Source: an uncultured Verrucomicrobiae bacterium
GTDB lineage: Bacteria; Verrucomicrobiota; Verrucomicrobiia; Chthoniobacterales; JAATET01
Direction of reading: 5' to 3'
NCBI GenBank assembly: GCA_963761705.1
Contig: CAVXHK010000001.1
Location: 259,140 to 323,139, forward strand
DNA: 64,000 nt
The position numbers were made by a program, and so were the translations under genes. The notes under the pieces were generated by a model. That model ran no database searches and was not told the DNA's origin. It worked only from the letters and a program-made list of their open reading frames with translations. Of the stretch, positions 20,736 to 31,884 are shown piece after piece (the stretch's first letter is position 1; the number at the start of each line of letters is the position of its first letter).

Positions 20736-22085
20736 TCAGACCGCCCGTGACGCCGCCAGCCGCCGCTGCGGATTGTCGGCCCAAAACGCCGCGATCGTCA
20801 GCGTCGCCGGCACCACAGCCGTCGCCAAAAATCCCACGTGATAGCTCCCGAGCCAATCCTTCGACAGGCTGAAGGCAAACGGCCCCACCGCGCTCGCCAG
20901 CACGATCGTCGACATGTTTAACCCGCTGATTGCCCCCAGGTGAGTCCGCCCAAAGTACCGCGGCCACACCAACCCGATGCACGTCTGAAACGCCCCGCCC
21001 GATGTCCCCAACCCCGCGATGAGCAGCCACCGGCCGATCGGCTCCGCCATCCACGCCATGCCCAAGCCCGCCGCCGTCAGTCCGGTCGTCAGCAGCATGA
21101 GCACGTATTTCGCCCTCGTTTTATCGGCCACCCAGCCAGAGAAAAAATTCGTGAAGACCCCCACCATCGCCATCGGCAGAAAAAGCCCCAGCACCGCCGA
21201 TTTATCCAACCCCGCCTCCTCACCGATCGACACCACGTGAAACGTGTAGGCCGTGATCGCCAGCGCCTGCCACGCCGTTGCGAAGTTGAAGGCCCAGAAA
21301 GAAAACGTCCGTACCGCCTCGGCCCGCGTGAGGTCCCGCACGATCAATCGGTCCGGATTTTCCGGCTTGCCCGTCGCCTTCCCCGGCCCACCGTCCATCT
21401 CCAGTCCGCATTCCTCCGGATTGTCGCGAAACACCGCCCAGGCAAATCCCGCGACGACCACGACCATCACGCCTCCCATCCCCAGGTAAGCCCCGCGCCA
21501 ACCCACCGCCTCGATGAGGGAGTTCAGCGGTTGCGGAGCCGCCGAAAAAGAAAAGGAAATCGCCACCCCGCTCACCGCGAGAACCAACCCCCGCCGCCGG
21601 TCGAACCATTTCCCCAGCATCGTCCGCGACGTCACCGTCACCATTCCCTGACCCAGAAACCGGACGAGGAAAAATCCCACCGCCATCACGACCAGCGACA
21701 CGGGCCACAGCTCACTCGTCCCCAGCGCCGCCCGGACCCCGCGAGCCACCGAGTCACTCGCCGCCATGAGCGCCAGCACCCCGCCGAAGAGCACCGTCGC
21801 CACCGTCATCGTCCGCCGCGCTCCGAACCGGTCCAGCAGCCGCCCGCCCCGTGGCAGCAGCAGCCCGCTGCCCGTCGTCCCGATCAGGTACGCGAGGCTC
21901 AACTGCACTCGCGTCAGCTCGAGGTTCGCCATGAGCGATTCCGTAAAAACGCTCACCCCCATCGTCTGCCCGGGCAGGCTCGCCACGATCCCGACCGTCG
22001 CCGCAATCAGGATCATCCAGCCGTAAAAGATCGGAAAGCGCCCGGGTCGAAACGGAAAATCCGTGCTCCAAAATCTCGCCCCCAT
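20736..22085 (-). CDS. MFS transporter
   Basis: About 12 hydrophobic helices and an MFS loop motif LLPRGGRLLDRFGARR. The start is uncertain: the ORF extends to 22172, and I prefer MGARFWS at 22085. Confidence 0.75.
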   Translation of the reverse strand: MGARFWSTDFPFRPGRFPIFYGWMILIAATVGIVASLPGQTMGVSVFTESLMANLELTRVQLSLAYLIGTTGSGLLLPRGGRLLDRFGARRTMTVATVLFGGVLALMAASDSVARGVRAALGTSELWPVSLVVMAVGFFLVRFLGQGMVTVTSRTMLGKWFDRRRGLVLAVSGVAISFSFSAAPQPLNSLIEAVGWRGAYLGMGGVMVVVVAGFAWAVFRDNPEECGLEMDGGPGKATGKPENPDRLIVRDLTRAEAVRTFSFWAFNFATAWQALAITAYTFHVVSIGEEAGLDKSAVLGLFLPMAMVGVFTNFFSGWVADKTRAKYVLMLLTTGLTAAGLGMAWMAEPIGRWLLIAGLGTSGGAFQTCIGLVWPRYFGRTHLGAISGLNMSTIVLASAVGPFAFSLSKDWLGSYHVGFLATAVVPATLTIAAFWADNPQRRLAASRAV

Positions 22086-22227
22086 TTTTCGTGAGCCGCG
22101 ACCCTCGTCGCGCGGCTCCGGACGCGCAAGCGCCGAGAAATGCGCGACCGACCCAAGTTTCGCCATTGACACACTCAGCGAAACGTCATTGACGCACCTT
22201 CACACCACTCTTATTGACAACTCCTTC

Positions 22228-23166
22228 ATGAAAACTCAAATCGCTTGCGCCATGGTCCTCTCGGCCCTCGCGCTCTTGACCGTCTCGAATCTCCCGGCGC
22301 AGCAGCTCGCCACCTACGAGTTCGACGGCAACTTCGACGCCGACCCCGTCGACCCGAGCATCACCGCCGGACCGTTCGGTAGCTTCGGGTCGGAAGCCCA
22401 GGTGGGTATCGGCGTCATGGAAGGAAAAAGCTACGGCTACATCCTCCTCAAAGAACGCTCGAAAGACTCCAACGCCAGCCGCTCGAACCAGCAATACGGC
22501 CAATTCACGCTCACCCGTAAGTTCGGCTTTCAGGCCCGCATTTTCAGCATCAGCTTCAAAGCAGCCGCCGCTGGCCAGTTCGATGATGTCACGAACGGCC
22601 TTGCCCTCCGGTGGAGCTTCGACGGCTACAACAGCGACCTCGGGAACTTCACCGTCAACAACGGCCCGCTGAACTTCCGCACGTTCACGATCAATTTCGA
22701 CCAGCCTCCGCTCTTCAACGACTCGGTCACCTTCCGCCTCTACGCCTTCAGCGGTCGCAACGGCCAGTCGATGCGCTTCCAGGATCTGAAAATCAACGGC
22801 GACATCATCCAAAATCCGCCCGATCTCGGCCCGCCGACCGTGACGGTCTTCGGCAACTCGCTGAACAAGAAGACGCGCAAGCGCCGCTACACCCTTTCCG
22901 GGAGTGCCAAGGACGAGAACACCGTCCGGATCGTCCAGATCTCGCCGAACCGCAACGGACCCTATGAAGCCGTCCAAGGCACCGACCGCTGGAGATTCAC
23001 GACCATCCTCGCCCGCGGCAAAACGCGCTTCTTCGTCCGCGCCATCGATTTCGCCGAGAGCGTCTCCAAGCCGATCAAAGTGACCGTTCGCCGCCGCGCC
23101 ATGCGCACCGGCCCGCCACCGACGCCGACGCCGATTCCGACGCCGACTCCGTTCCCGCAGCGGTAA
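22228..23166 (+). CDS. Secreted hypothetical protein with C-terminal Pro/Thr tail
   Basis: Signal-peptide-like MKTQIACAMVLSALALLTVSNLPAQQ. No family recognised. Ends PPPTPTPIPTPTPFPQR. The next gene starts 15 nt downstream. Confidence 0.6.
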   Translation: MKTQIACAMVLSALALLTVSNLPAQQLATYEFDGNFDADPVDPSITAGPFGSFGSEAQVGIGVMEGKSYGYILLKERSKDSNASRSNQQYGQFTLTRKFGFQARIFSISFKAAAAGQFDDVTNGLALRWSFDGYNSDLGNFTVNNGPLNFRTFTINFDQPPLFNDSVTFRLYAFSGRNGQSMRFQDLKINGDIIQNPPDLGPPTVTVFGNSLNKKTRKRRYTLSGSAKDENTVRIVQISPNRNGPYEAVQGTDRWRFTTILARGKTRFFVRAIDFAESVSKPIKVTVRRRAMRTGPPPTPTPIPTPTPFPQR

Positions 23167-23181
23167 ATTCGGATTTCGCGA

Positions 23182-24312
23182 GTGAAAATTCTCGCGCTCA
23201 TTTTCCTCGTCGTTGGGTTTCCGGTCCTCACCTTCGGGCAAGAACGGACGATAACGGACCGCCACGGCAGCGACCTCGGGTCGCTCGCTTCACACGTTCG
23301 CACCGCCCTCGCTGCCGGGGACGCACCCGTCCAGCTCACGCTCGACGCCGGACTCCAGGCCGAGGTCGAGCGCATCCTCGGTCAAGTCGAACGCGGGGCC
23401 GCCATCGTGATCGATCCAGCGACGGGCGACATCCTCGCGATGGTCTCCGTTCCCGGTAGCGGATGGCCCAACCGCGCGATCACCGCCTACGCGCCCGGGG
23501 CCGCGTTCCTTCCGGTCACCGGATTGGTCGGCCTTTCGCGGGGACTCGCCGACCGCAAATTCACCTGCACCGGCGGCGTCAGCTACGGCAACTCCTACCT
23601 GAAGTGCTGGATCGCCAGCCGCGGTTCGCACGGCCCGCTCACTCTCACCGAAGCGCTCGCCGCCTCGTGTGGTCCGTTCTTTTTTCAATCCGGCAACGAC
23701 GCCGGCATCGACGCCTTCACGGCCCTTGGCTCCCGACTCGGCTTGGGAAAAATGACCGGCGTTCCGTTGCTCGGCGAATCAGCCGGCATCCTCCCCGACC
23801 CCGCCTGGCTGGCCAAGCGCTATCCCCGCGACACTTGGCGCGACGGCTACACGGCGAACGTCTCGATCGGCCAGGGATTCGTTCTCACAACGCCCCTCCA
23901 ACTCGTCGGCGTCACCGCGACCATTGCCAACGGTGGCACCGCCCGCCCGCCGCGCCTCCTGCTCACCGACCCCATCGCGGCCGGCGACGACCTCCTCGAC
24001 GACACCCTTACCACCGCCGCCTTCGAACGGGTTCGCCGCGGCATGTGGGAGACGGTCAACGGCTCCGGCTCCGGGAAGTTGGCCCGCATCGACGGGTTCG
24101 AAGTCGCCGGCCGCACCGGCAGCGCGCAAAATCTCCTCCGCCGCCCCGACGGCCAGGTCGTTAAAGACAACCACGCTTGGTTCCTGGCCTTCGCTCCCTA
24201 CGAGGACCCGAAGTTCGCCGTCGTCGTCTTCGTCCAAGGCGCAAAATCCGGTGGCCAAGTCGCCGCCCCCCTCGCCCGCGAGATCCTCGAAGCCGCCCTC
24301 CCCAACCGGTAG
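23182..24312 (+). CDS. Secreted penicillin-binding-protein transpeptidase-fold protein with degenerate catalytic motifs
   Basis: It aligns by eye to the PBP2/FtsI transpeptidase domain (VIDPATGDILAMVSVP, NRAITAYAPG, VSIGQGFVLTTPLQL, AWFLAFAPYEDPKFAVVVFV). The catalytic motifs differ: SxxK reads AAFL, SxN reads SCG, and KTG reads RTG. Confidence 0.75.
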   Translation: MKILALIFLVVGFPVLTFGQERTITDRHGSDLGSLASHVRTALAAGDAPVQLTLDAGLQAEVERILGQVERGAAIVIDPATGDILAMVSVPGSGWPNRAITAYAPGAAFLPVTGLVGLSRGLADRKFTCTGGVSYGNSYLKCWIASRGSHGPLTLTEALAASCGPFFFQSGNDAGIDAFTALGSRLGLGKMTGVPLLGESAGILPDPAWLAKRYPRDTWRDGYTANVSIGQGFVLTTPLQLVGVTATIANGGTARPPRLLLTDPIAAGDDLLDDTLTTAAFERVRRGMWETVNGSGSGKLARIDGFEVAGRTGSAQNLLRRPDGQVVKDNHAWFLAFAPYEDPKFAVVVFVQGAKSGGQVAAPLAREILEAALPNR

Positions 24313-24444
24313 GGCAACCAGTCTCCGCCCGCCCTGCTATTTCCAAGTGCTTCCCGCGGGCGTTTCGGTCGGAGAGTCATGGCGCGAAGCTCACAACGAG
24401 CCAAGACTCCGCAACTTGGCGCGCGCATCCGGGTTTCATTCCGC

Positions 24445-24966
24445 ATGAAAGCCCTCCTCCTCGCTACCAGTCTCCTCCTTTTCGTCACGTCCAGCCAAGC
24501 CAAGCCCCAACCGCCACCCAGCCTGCTCGACGGACGCCCGCCCATGACCGGCGGCCCCTTCAACAAGCTCCCGGACGAACTCCGCGACCGCGTCGAGGCG
24601 GCCCAGCGTAAGGCGATTGAAGAACCCGGCATCCGCGAAGCCCGGGAGAAGATCGCCGAGGAAGCCGCCGCCCTGCGTGACCGCGTGCGCGACGCCATCT
24701 TCGAGATCGACCCCGGTCTTCGCGACGCGATCAAAGCAGAAATGCCCAACGCCAAGCTCGGCGACGAAACCAAGCCAAGACCCGACGGCATCGCCGCCCT
24801 CGAGCCGGAAAAACGCCAGAAGCTCCTGGCCGCCCGCGAAGCCGTGAAAGACGACTCAGCCGTCGTCACCGCCCGCGAAGCCCTCGACCGCGCCAACACC
24901 CCCGAGGACCGCCGATCCGCCGGAGCCGCCTACCGCGCCGCCATGGCCGCGGCGCTCGAGAAATAA
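24445..24966 (+). CDS. Secreted helical hypothetical protein
   Basis: Signal peptide MKALLLATSLLLFVTSSQA followed by charged Ala/Glu/Arg-rich sequence. No family recognised. Confidence 0.55.
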   Translation: MKALLLATSLLLFVTSSQAKPQPPPSLLDGRPPMTGGPFNKLPDELRDRVEAAQRKAIEEPGIREAREKIAEEAAALRDRVRDAIFEIDPGLRDAIKAEMPNAKLGDETKPRPDGIAALEPEKRQKLLAAREAVKDDSAVVTAREALDRANTPEDRRSAGAAYRAAMAAALEK

Positions 24967-24970
24967 TCCA

Positions 24971-25044
24971 GCCGCAAAAAAGGCGCAAAGGGCGCAAAAG
25001 AATTTATTCTCATCGCTTTTGCGCCTCCCGCACCTCTTCGCGGC
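24971..25044. repeat. Gene-less hairpin of the GCGCCTCT-GCGG inverted-repeat family (purine-rich arm, 15-nt loop, pyrimidine-rich arm)
   Basis: GCCGCAAAAAAGGCGCAAAGGGCGCAAAAG, loop aatttattctcatcg, then CTTTTGCGCCTCCCGCACCTCTTCGCGGC. This is an imperfect inverted repeat related to the arms at 42385..42414 and 42797..42826. Confidence 0.7.
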
Positions 25045-25047
25045 CAA

Positions 25048-26226
25048 TTAATAAAACGCCGCAATCGCCCCGACGACCTCGCCGATCTCGTCCTCGCGCA
25101 GCTCCGAGAAGATCGGCAACGCGATCGTCTCCAGCGCCGCGCGCTCCGACTCCGGCAGGCTTCCCTCTCCGTGACCCAGATACGCGAAGCACTCCTGCCG
25201 GTGCAGCGGCACCGGGTAGTAAATTCCATGGCCGATCCCGCGCGCGGCGAGGTGCCGCGAGAGTTCATCCCGCCGCGGAGCGCGCAACACGTATTGGTGG
25301 AAGATGTGATCGCTCGCGACCTGGCCCGCGAATGGCCGGGCGGGCAGCGTCAGCCGATCCGACAATTCCACCGCCGCAAAAGCCTCGCCGTAGCGCTCGG
25401 CGTTTTGCCTCCGCTCCGCGTTCCAGCCGTTCACGTGCGGCAGCTTCACCGACAGGATCGCGGCCTGCAGCGAATCGAGGCGAAAATTCCCCCCCACCTC
25501 GCGGTGGAAATATCGCTCTTCCATCCCGTGGTTCCGCATCAGCTTCAGCCGCCCCGCGTCCTCCGCGCTGGCGCAAGTCGACAGCCCGGCGTCGCCGTAA
25601 GCCCCGAGATTCTTCGCCGGAAAAAAACTGAAATACCCGCTGTCCCCGATGGCCCCGGCCTGGACCGTCCCCGCCGCGCCCGGATACTCCGCGCCGACAG
25701 CCTGCGCGGCGTCCTCGACGACCTTCAACCCGGCCTCCCGCGCAATCCGCATGATTGCATCCATCTCGCAGACCAATCCGAACAGATGCACCGGCACGAT
25801 CGCGCGCACCCGGTTTCCCTTCGGCGTGAAAATTTCCCCACCCTCGCCGCGCCGCATTCCAGCCAGCCGCTCCTCGAGCCGGGCCGGGTCGAGGTTGTAA
25901 GTGCCCGGGTCGATGTCGACAAAAACGGTCTCGATCCCCAGCCGATGCACGCACCCGACGGTCGCGAAAAACGTGTAGGGTGTCGTGATGATCGCGTCCC
26001 CCGGCCCCCAGCCTTCCGCCATCAGGATCGCCAGCCACGCGTCGGTGCCGGACGACATGCCGACCGCGTGACCGCAGCCGGTCGCCTCGACGAACGCCGA
26101 CTCGAGCGCCTCGACCTTCGGGCCGAGGATGAAGGATTGCGACGCGACGACGGATTCGATTTCCGCCGCAACGGCGTCTTTGATTCGCGCGTGTTGGCGC
26201 GAGAGGTCAAGCAGGGGAACGGCCAC
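25048..26226 (-). CDS. DegT/DnrJ/EryC1/StrS family sugar aminotransferase
   Basis: VPLLDLSRQHARIKD...GCGHAVGMSSGTDAWLAIL...GDAIITTPYTFFATV...FFPAKNLGAYGDAG. The ORF extends to 26292, but that would overlap pal by 59 nt. GTG 26226 lies 7 nt after the pal stop. Confidence 0.85.
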   Translation of the reverse strand: MAVPLLDLSRQHARIKDAVAAEIESVVASQSFILGPKVEALESAFVEATGCGHAVGMSSGTDAWLAILMAEGWGPGDAIITTPYTFFATVGCVHRLGIETVFVDIDPGTYNLDPARLEERLAGMRRGEGGEIFTPKGNRVRAIVPVHLFGLVCEMDAIMRIAREAGLKVVEDAAQAVGAEYPGAAGTVQAGAIGDSGYFSFFPAKNLGAYGDAGLSTCASAEDAGRLKLMRNHGMEERYFHREVGGNFRLDSLQAAILSVKLPHVNGWNAERRQNAERYGEAFAAVELSDRLTLPARPFAGQVASDHIFHQYVLRAPRRDELSRHLAARGIGHGIYYPVPLHRQECFAYLGHGEGSLPESERAALETIALPIFSELREDEIGEVVGAIAAFY

Positions 26227-26233
26227 GCTCGCC

Positions 26234-26740
26234 CTAGCGAATGACGCCGAACTCCGCCCGGCGGTTTGCCGCCCAAGCCGCGTCGCCGCCACCCGCGTCG
26301 GCCGGCATCTCCTCGCCGAAGCTCACGGTCTGGATGCGCTGACCGCTGATCCCCATGCCGATGAGCGCCTCGCGGACGGCCTGCGCGCGTCGCTCGCCGA
26401 GGCCACGATTGTATTCTTCCGTCCCGCGTTCATCCGTGAAGCCGGCGATGATGATGTCGCTGTCGATGCCCTGCATCGACGACGCCACAGTGTCGAGCGT
26501 CGTGAACTCCGAGTCCGCCACCTCGACGCTGTCGTAGCCGAAATAAACGGGCGGGAACTGGCTGCGGTTCACCGTCGAGCCGAAGAAATTCGACCCCTCG
26601 ATGCGATCCGGCAGCGGCGTCCCGGTCACGTAGTCGCCGTCGACCCCGACGTAATCGCCGTCGTTCCCGCGTTTGTTCGCGCAGGACGTGAGGCCGACCG
26701 CGACCGCGGTGGTGAGAACCAGAGAAAGAAATCGCTTCAT
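26234..26740 (-). CDS. pal: Peptidoglycan-associated lipoprotein (OmpA-like domain)
   Basis: Lipobox LTSC and OmpA-like core VYFGYDS...IIIAGFTDERGTEEYNRGLGERRAQAVREAL...NRRAEFGVIR. Sits immediately downstream of tolB. Confidence 0.88.
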   Translation of the reverse strand: MKRFLSLVLTTAVAVGLTSCANKRGNDGDYVGVDGDYVTGTPLPDRIEGSNFFGSTVNRSQFPPVYFGYDSVEVADSEFTTLDTVASSMQGIDSDIIIAGFTDERGTEEYNRGLGERRAQAVREALIGMGISGQRIQTVSFGEEMPADAGGGDAAWAANRRAEFGVIR

Positions 26741-26789
26741 GCCGCTATTGAAAACGCCGTTTCGCCCGAAAACTCAATGCTTATCGGAG

Positions 26790-27944
26790 CTACCGCGACC
26801 ACGTCGGCTCCGACACCTTGCCGAGACCCGACACGATCGTAGTCGGACGTCCACTCTGCGTATCGAGTAGAATGATCGCCGATCCCGAGCTGTAGACGAC
26901 GTGGCGCGAGTTGGCACCCCACTCCGGATTTTCCCCGGAAGCGAGGACGCGTGAACTGCCCGACGCGAGGTCAACCATCGCGATGGAAAATCCGCCCGTC
27001 CGCGCCGTGAAGGCGATTTTTTTTCCGTCCGGCGACCAGCTCGGCTCGGTGCAATACCCGAAGCCCGCCCCGATCTTGCGACCCTGTCCGCCACCCGAGC
27101 CGATGCTATACAGCTGCGGACTCCCGCCCTCATCGGATGAGTAAACGATCTCGCTGCCGTTCGGCGACCACGAGGGCGACGACTCCACTCCGCGGGTGCG
27201 GGTGAGCCGCTTCGCGCCACCGCCGTTGGCGCCGACCACGTAGAGCTCGGGATTGCCGTCCTTGCTGATCGAGCACGCGATGCGACCCCCGTCCGGCGAG
27301 AAGGCTGCGCCGCTGTTCGTGCCGGGAAAATTGATGATCTTGTTCCGCGCTCCGCTGCCGAGTTCGACGAGATAAATGTCTGCGTAACCGCTCTGGTAGC
27401 CGGTGTAAGCCAGCTTCCGACCGTCGGGGCTGATCGCCGGGGCGACGCTGATCACGCCGTCGCGCGTGAGCTGCTTCACGTTCGCGCCGTCGTAGTCCGC
27501 GGTGTAGATCTCTTTTTTCCCGGTCTTGGTCGAGACGAACGCGATGGTCGACGACGCGATGCCCGGGTTGCCCGTGATCGTCTCGACGATCTCGTCGGCA
27601 AACTGGTGCGCCCGCTCGCGCGGCGTCCCGGTGTACGTCCCGCTCAACACGCTCGCGCCGCTTCGATCCTTCACCGTCCCGCTCAGCGATCCGCCCGAAG
27701 CCGAGCCCGACACCACGTAGGACGCACTGCCCGGCGACGACATCGAGAACCAGCCCGCGAGCGAAAGATCATTTTTCAACACGGACTCGACCGCCGCCCC
27801 GTCACCTCCGCCGATCCCCTCGACGGCGAGACTCACGGCATCGCTTTTCCGAACGGTGATGGTTGGCGTGTCCTGCGCGACGAGCGTCGGTGCGATCAGA
27901 AGAGCGAAGACGGTAAAAAGAGAGGAGAGCCGGACGGTATTCAT
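26790..27944 (-). CDS. tolB: Tol-Pal system beta-propeller protein TolB
   Basis: Signal peptide MNTVRLSSLFTVFALLIAPTLVAQ and repeated propeller motifs (PAISPDGRKLAYT, AAFSPDGGRIACS, PSWSPNGSEIVYS, PSWSPDGKKIAFT). Confidence 0.88.
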   Translation of the reverse strand: MNTVRLSSLFTVFALLIAPTLVAQDTPTITVRKSDAVSLAVEGIGGGDGAAVESVLKNDLSLAGWFSMSSPGSASYVVSGSASGGSLSGTVKDRSGASVLSGTYTGTPRERAHQFADEIVETITGNPGIASSTIAFVSTKTGKKEIYTADYDGANVKQLTRDGVISVAPAISPDGRKLAYTGYQSGYADIYLVELGSGARNKIINFPGTNSGAAFSPDGGRIACSISKDGNPELYVVGANGGGAKRLTRTRGVESSPSWSPNGSEIVYSSDEGGSPQLYSIGSGGGQGRKIGAGFGYCTEPSWSPDGKKIAFTARTGGFSIAMVDLASGSSRVLASGENPEWGANSRHVVYSSGSAIILLDTQSGRPTTIVSGLGKVSEPTWSR

Positions 27945-28102
27945 GCGGAGATCGGGGGTGGGTTCGGCCCCGGAACGGTCGTCGCAAATCCCTCCCGCGT
28001 TTGCAATCCTCAAAGCGTCGTGGCACACCAGAGCGGCACATGGGCCGACACCGCGCTTTGAATTTCGACGAACCCGCAATCCGCTCGCCCGACTCCGGTG
28101 GA

Positions 28103-30670
<2,568 letters not shown>

Positions 30671-30692
30671 CCGCTCCCGCGCCGGTCTCGCG

Positions 30693-31100
30693 TCACGCGT
30701 CGAGACCGGCGTCTTCGAGCACCTTCTGCGCTCTTTTCACGTCGCTCACACTCAGGATCAGCAGCCCCTTCTTCGCCGTCGGCAGCGTCGCGAGGTAAGC
30801 GTAGTCGATGTTCACTTTCTTCTTCGCGAGGGCCTTCACGATCGCGGAGAGCCCACCCGGTTTGTTCGATCCCTCGAGCATGAGCACGTCGCTTTCGATC
30901 ACGAGCGTCCCCCGCTCCTCGAACAAATGCAGCGCGCGCCGCGGATCACTCAAGACCAGGCGGATGACCGCGTAATCCGACGAGTCCGCCACGCTCAGCG
31001 CGTAGATGCTGATCCGCTCCGCCGCCAAAGCATCGCAGACCGCCGCGAGGGTTCCGGGTTCGTTGTCGAGGAAGAGCGCGAGTTGTTCGACGATTTTCAT
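30693..31100 (-). CDS. ACT domain-containing protein
   Basis: 135 aa. Two ACT-like halves: LALFLDNEPGTLAAVCDALAAERISIYAL and MLEGSNKPGGLSAIVKALAKKKVNIDY. Confidence 0.65.
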   Translation of the reverse strand: MKIVEQLALFLDNEPGTLAAVCDALAAERISIYALSVADSSDYAVIRLVLSDPRRALHLFEERGTLVIESDVLMLEGSNKPGGLSAIVKALAKKKVNIDYAYLATLPTAKKGLLILSVSDVKRAQKVLEDAGLDA

Positions 31101-31151
31101 GGAGCGAGTAGGTTTCGTCGAAATTAACGGCAGCGACCCGAAACGAAAATC

Positions 31152-31832
31152 TTAAAGATCGATCGTTTCCCCGATCTCCGGAAGCAACAACGTCCGCCCG
31201 GCCCGCTCGAAGACGTTGACCGCCTTGGCCTGATCGATCTCGATCGGCGGGAACGTGTCGTAATGCACCCCGACCACCCGCTCGCACCCGACGAACTCCG
31301 CGGCCCGCGCCGCGTCTTTCGCTCCCATCGTGAAATGATCGCCAATCGGCAGCACTGCGAAGTCGAGCCGAAATTCATCGCCGATCAGCTTCATGTCCAT
31401 CGTGAGCGCCGTGTCGCCGGAATTGTAAAACGTCCCGTCTTTCGTCGACACCACGAAGCCACCCGGATTGCCCGCGTATTTTCCGTCGGGGAAGCTGCTG
31501 GAATGGACCGCCGTCGTGTACTTGACGCGGCCAAACTCGAACTTCGCCGCCCCCCCGTGGTTCATCCCCCGGGCGTCCTCCACGCCCTCCTGCTCCAACC
31601 ATTGCGCGATCTCGAAGTTCGTGATCACCGGGGCCTTCGTCCGCTTCGCGATGTCGACCGCGTCGGCCACGTGGTCGATGTGCGCGTGGGTGATAAAAAC
31701 GAAGTCCGCCGCGATTTTCTTGGCGTCGATCGTTTTCGCCAAATCGTTGGGCGTGATGAAGGGATCGAAAAGCAGCGTTTTGCCGCCAGCGCGGACGGAG
31801 AAGCAGGAGTGGCCGTAGTAGGTCAATTTCAT
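31152..31832 (-). CDS. Metal-dependent hydrolase, MBL fold (UPF0173-like)
   Basis: MKLTYYGHSCFSVRAGGKTLLFDPFI...FVFITHAHIDHVADA. Start taken at ATG 31832. The upstream in-frame extension is Arg-rich junk. Confidence 0.8.
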   Translation of the reverse strand: MKLTYYGHSCFSVRAGGKTLLFDPFITPNDLAKTIDAKKIAADFVFITHAHIDHVADAVDIAKRTKAPVITNFEIAQWLEQEGVEDARGMNHGGAAKFEFGRVKYTTAVHSSSFPDGKYAGNPGGFVVSTKDGTFYNSGDTALTMDMKLIGDEFRLDFAVLPIGDHFTMGAKDAARAAEFVGCERVVGVHYDTFPPIEIDQAKAVNVFERAGRTLLLPEIGETIDL

Positions 31833-31884
31833 CTGGAAAGTAGATCGAAGGTTGCCGAAATTTTGCGGGTATCCCCCGCGAAAC

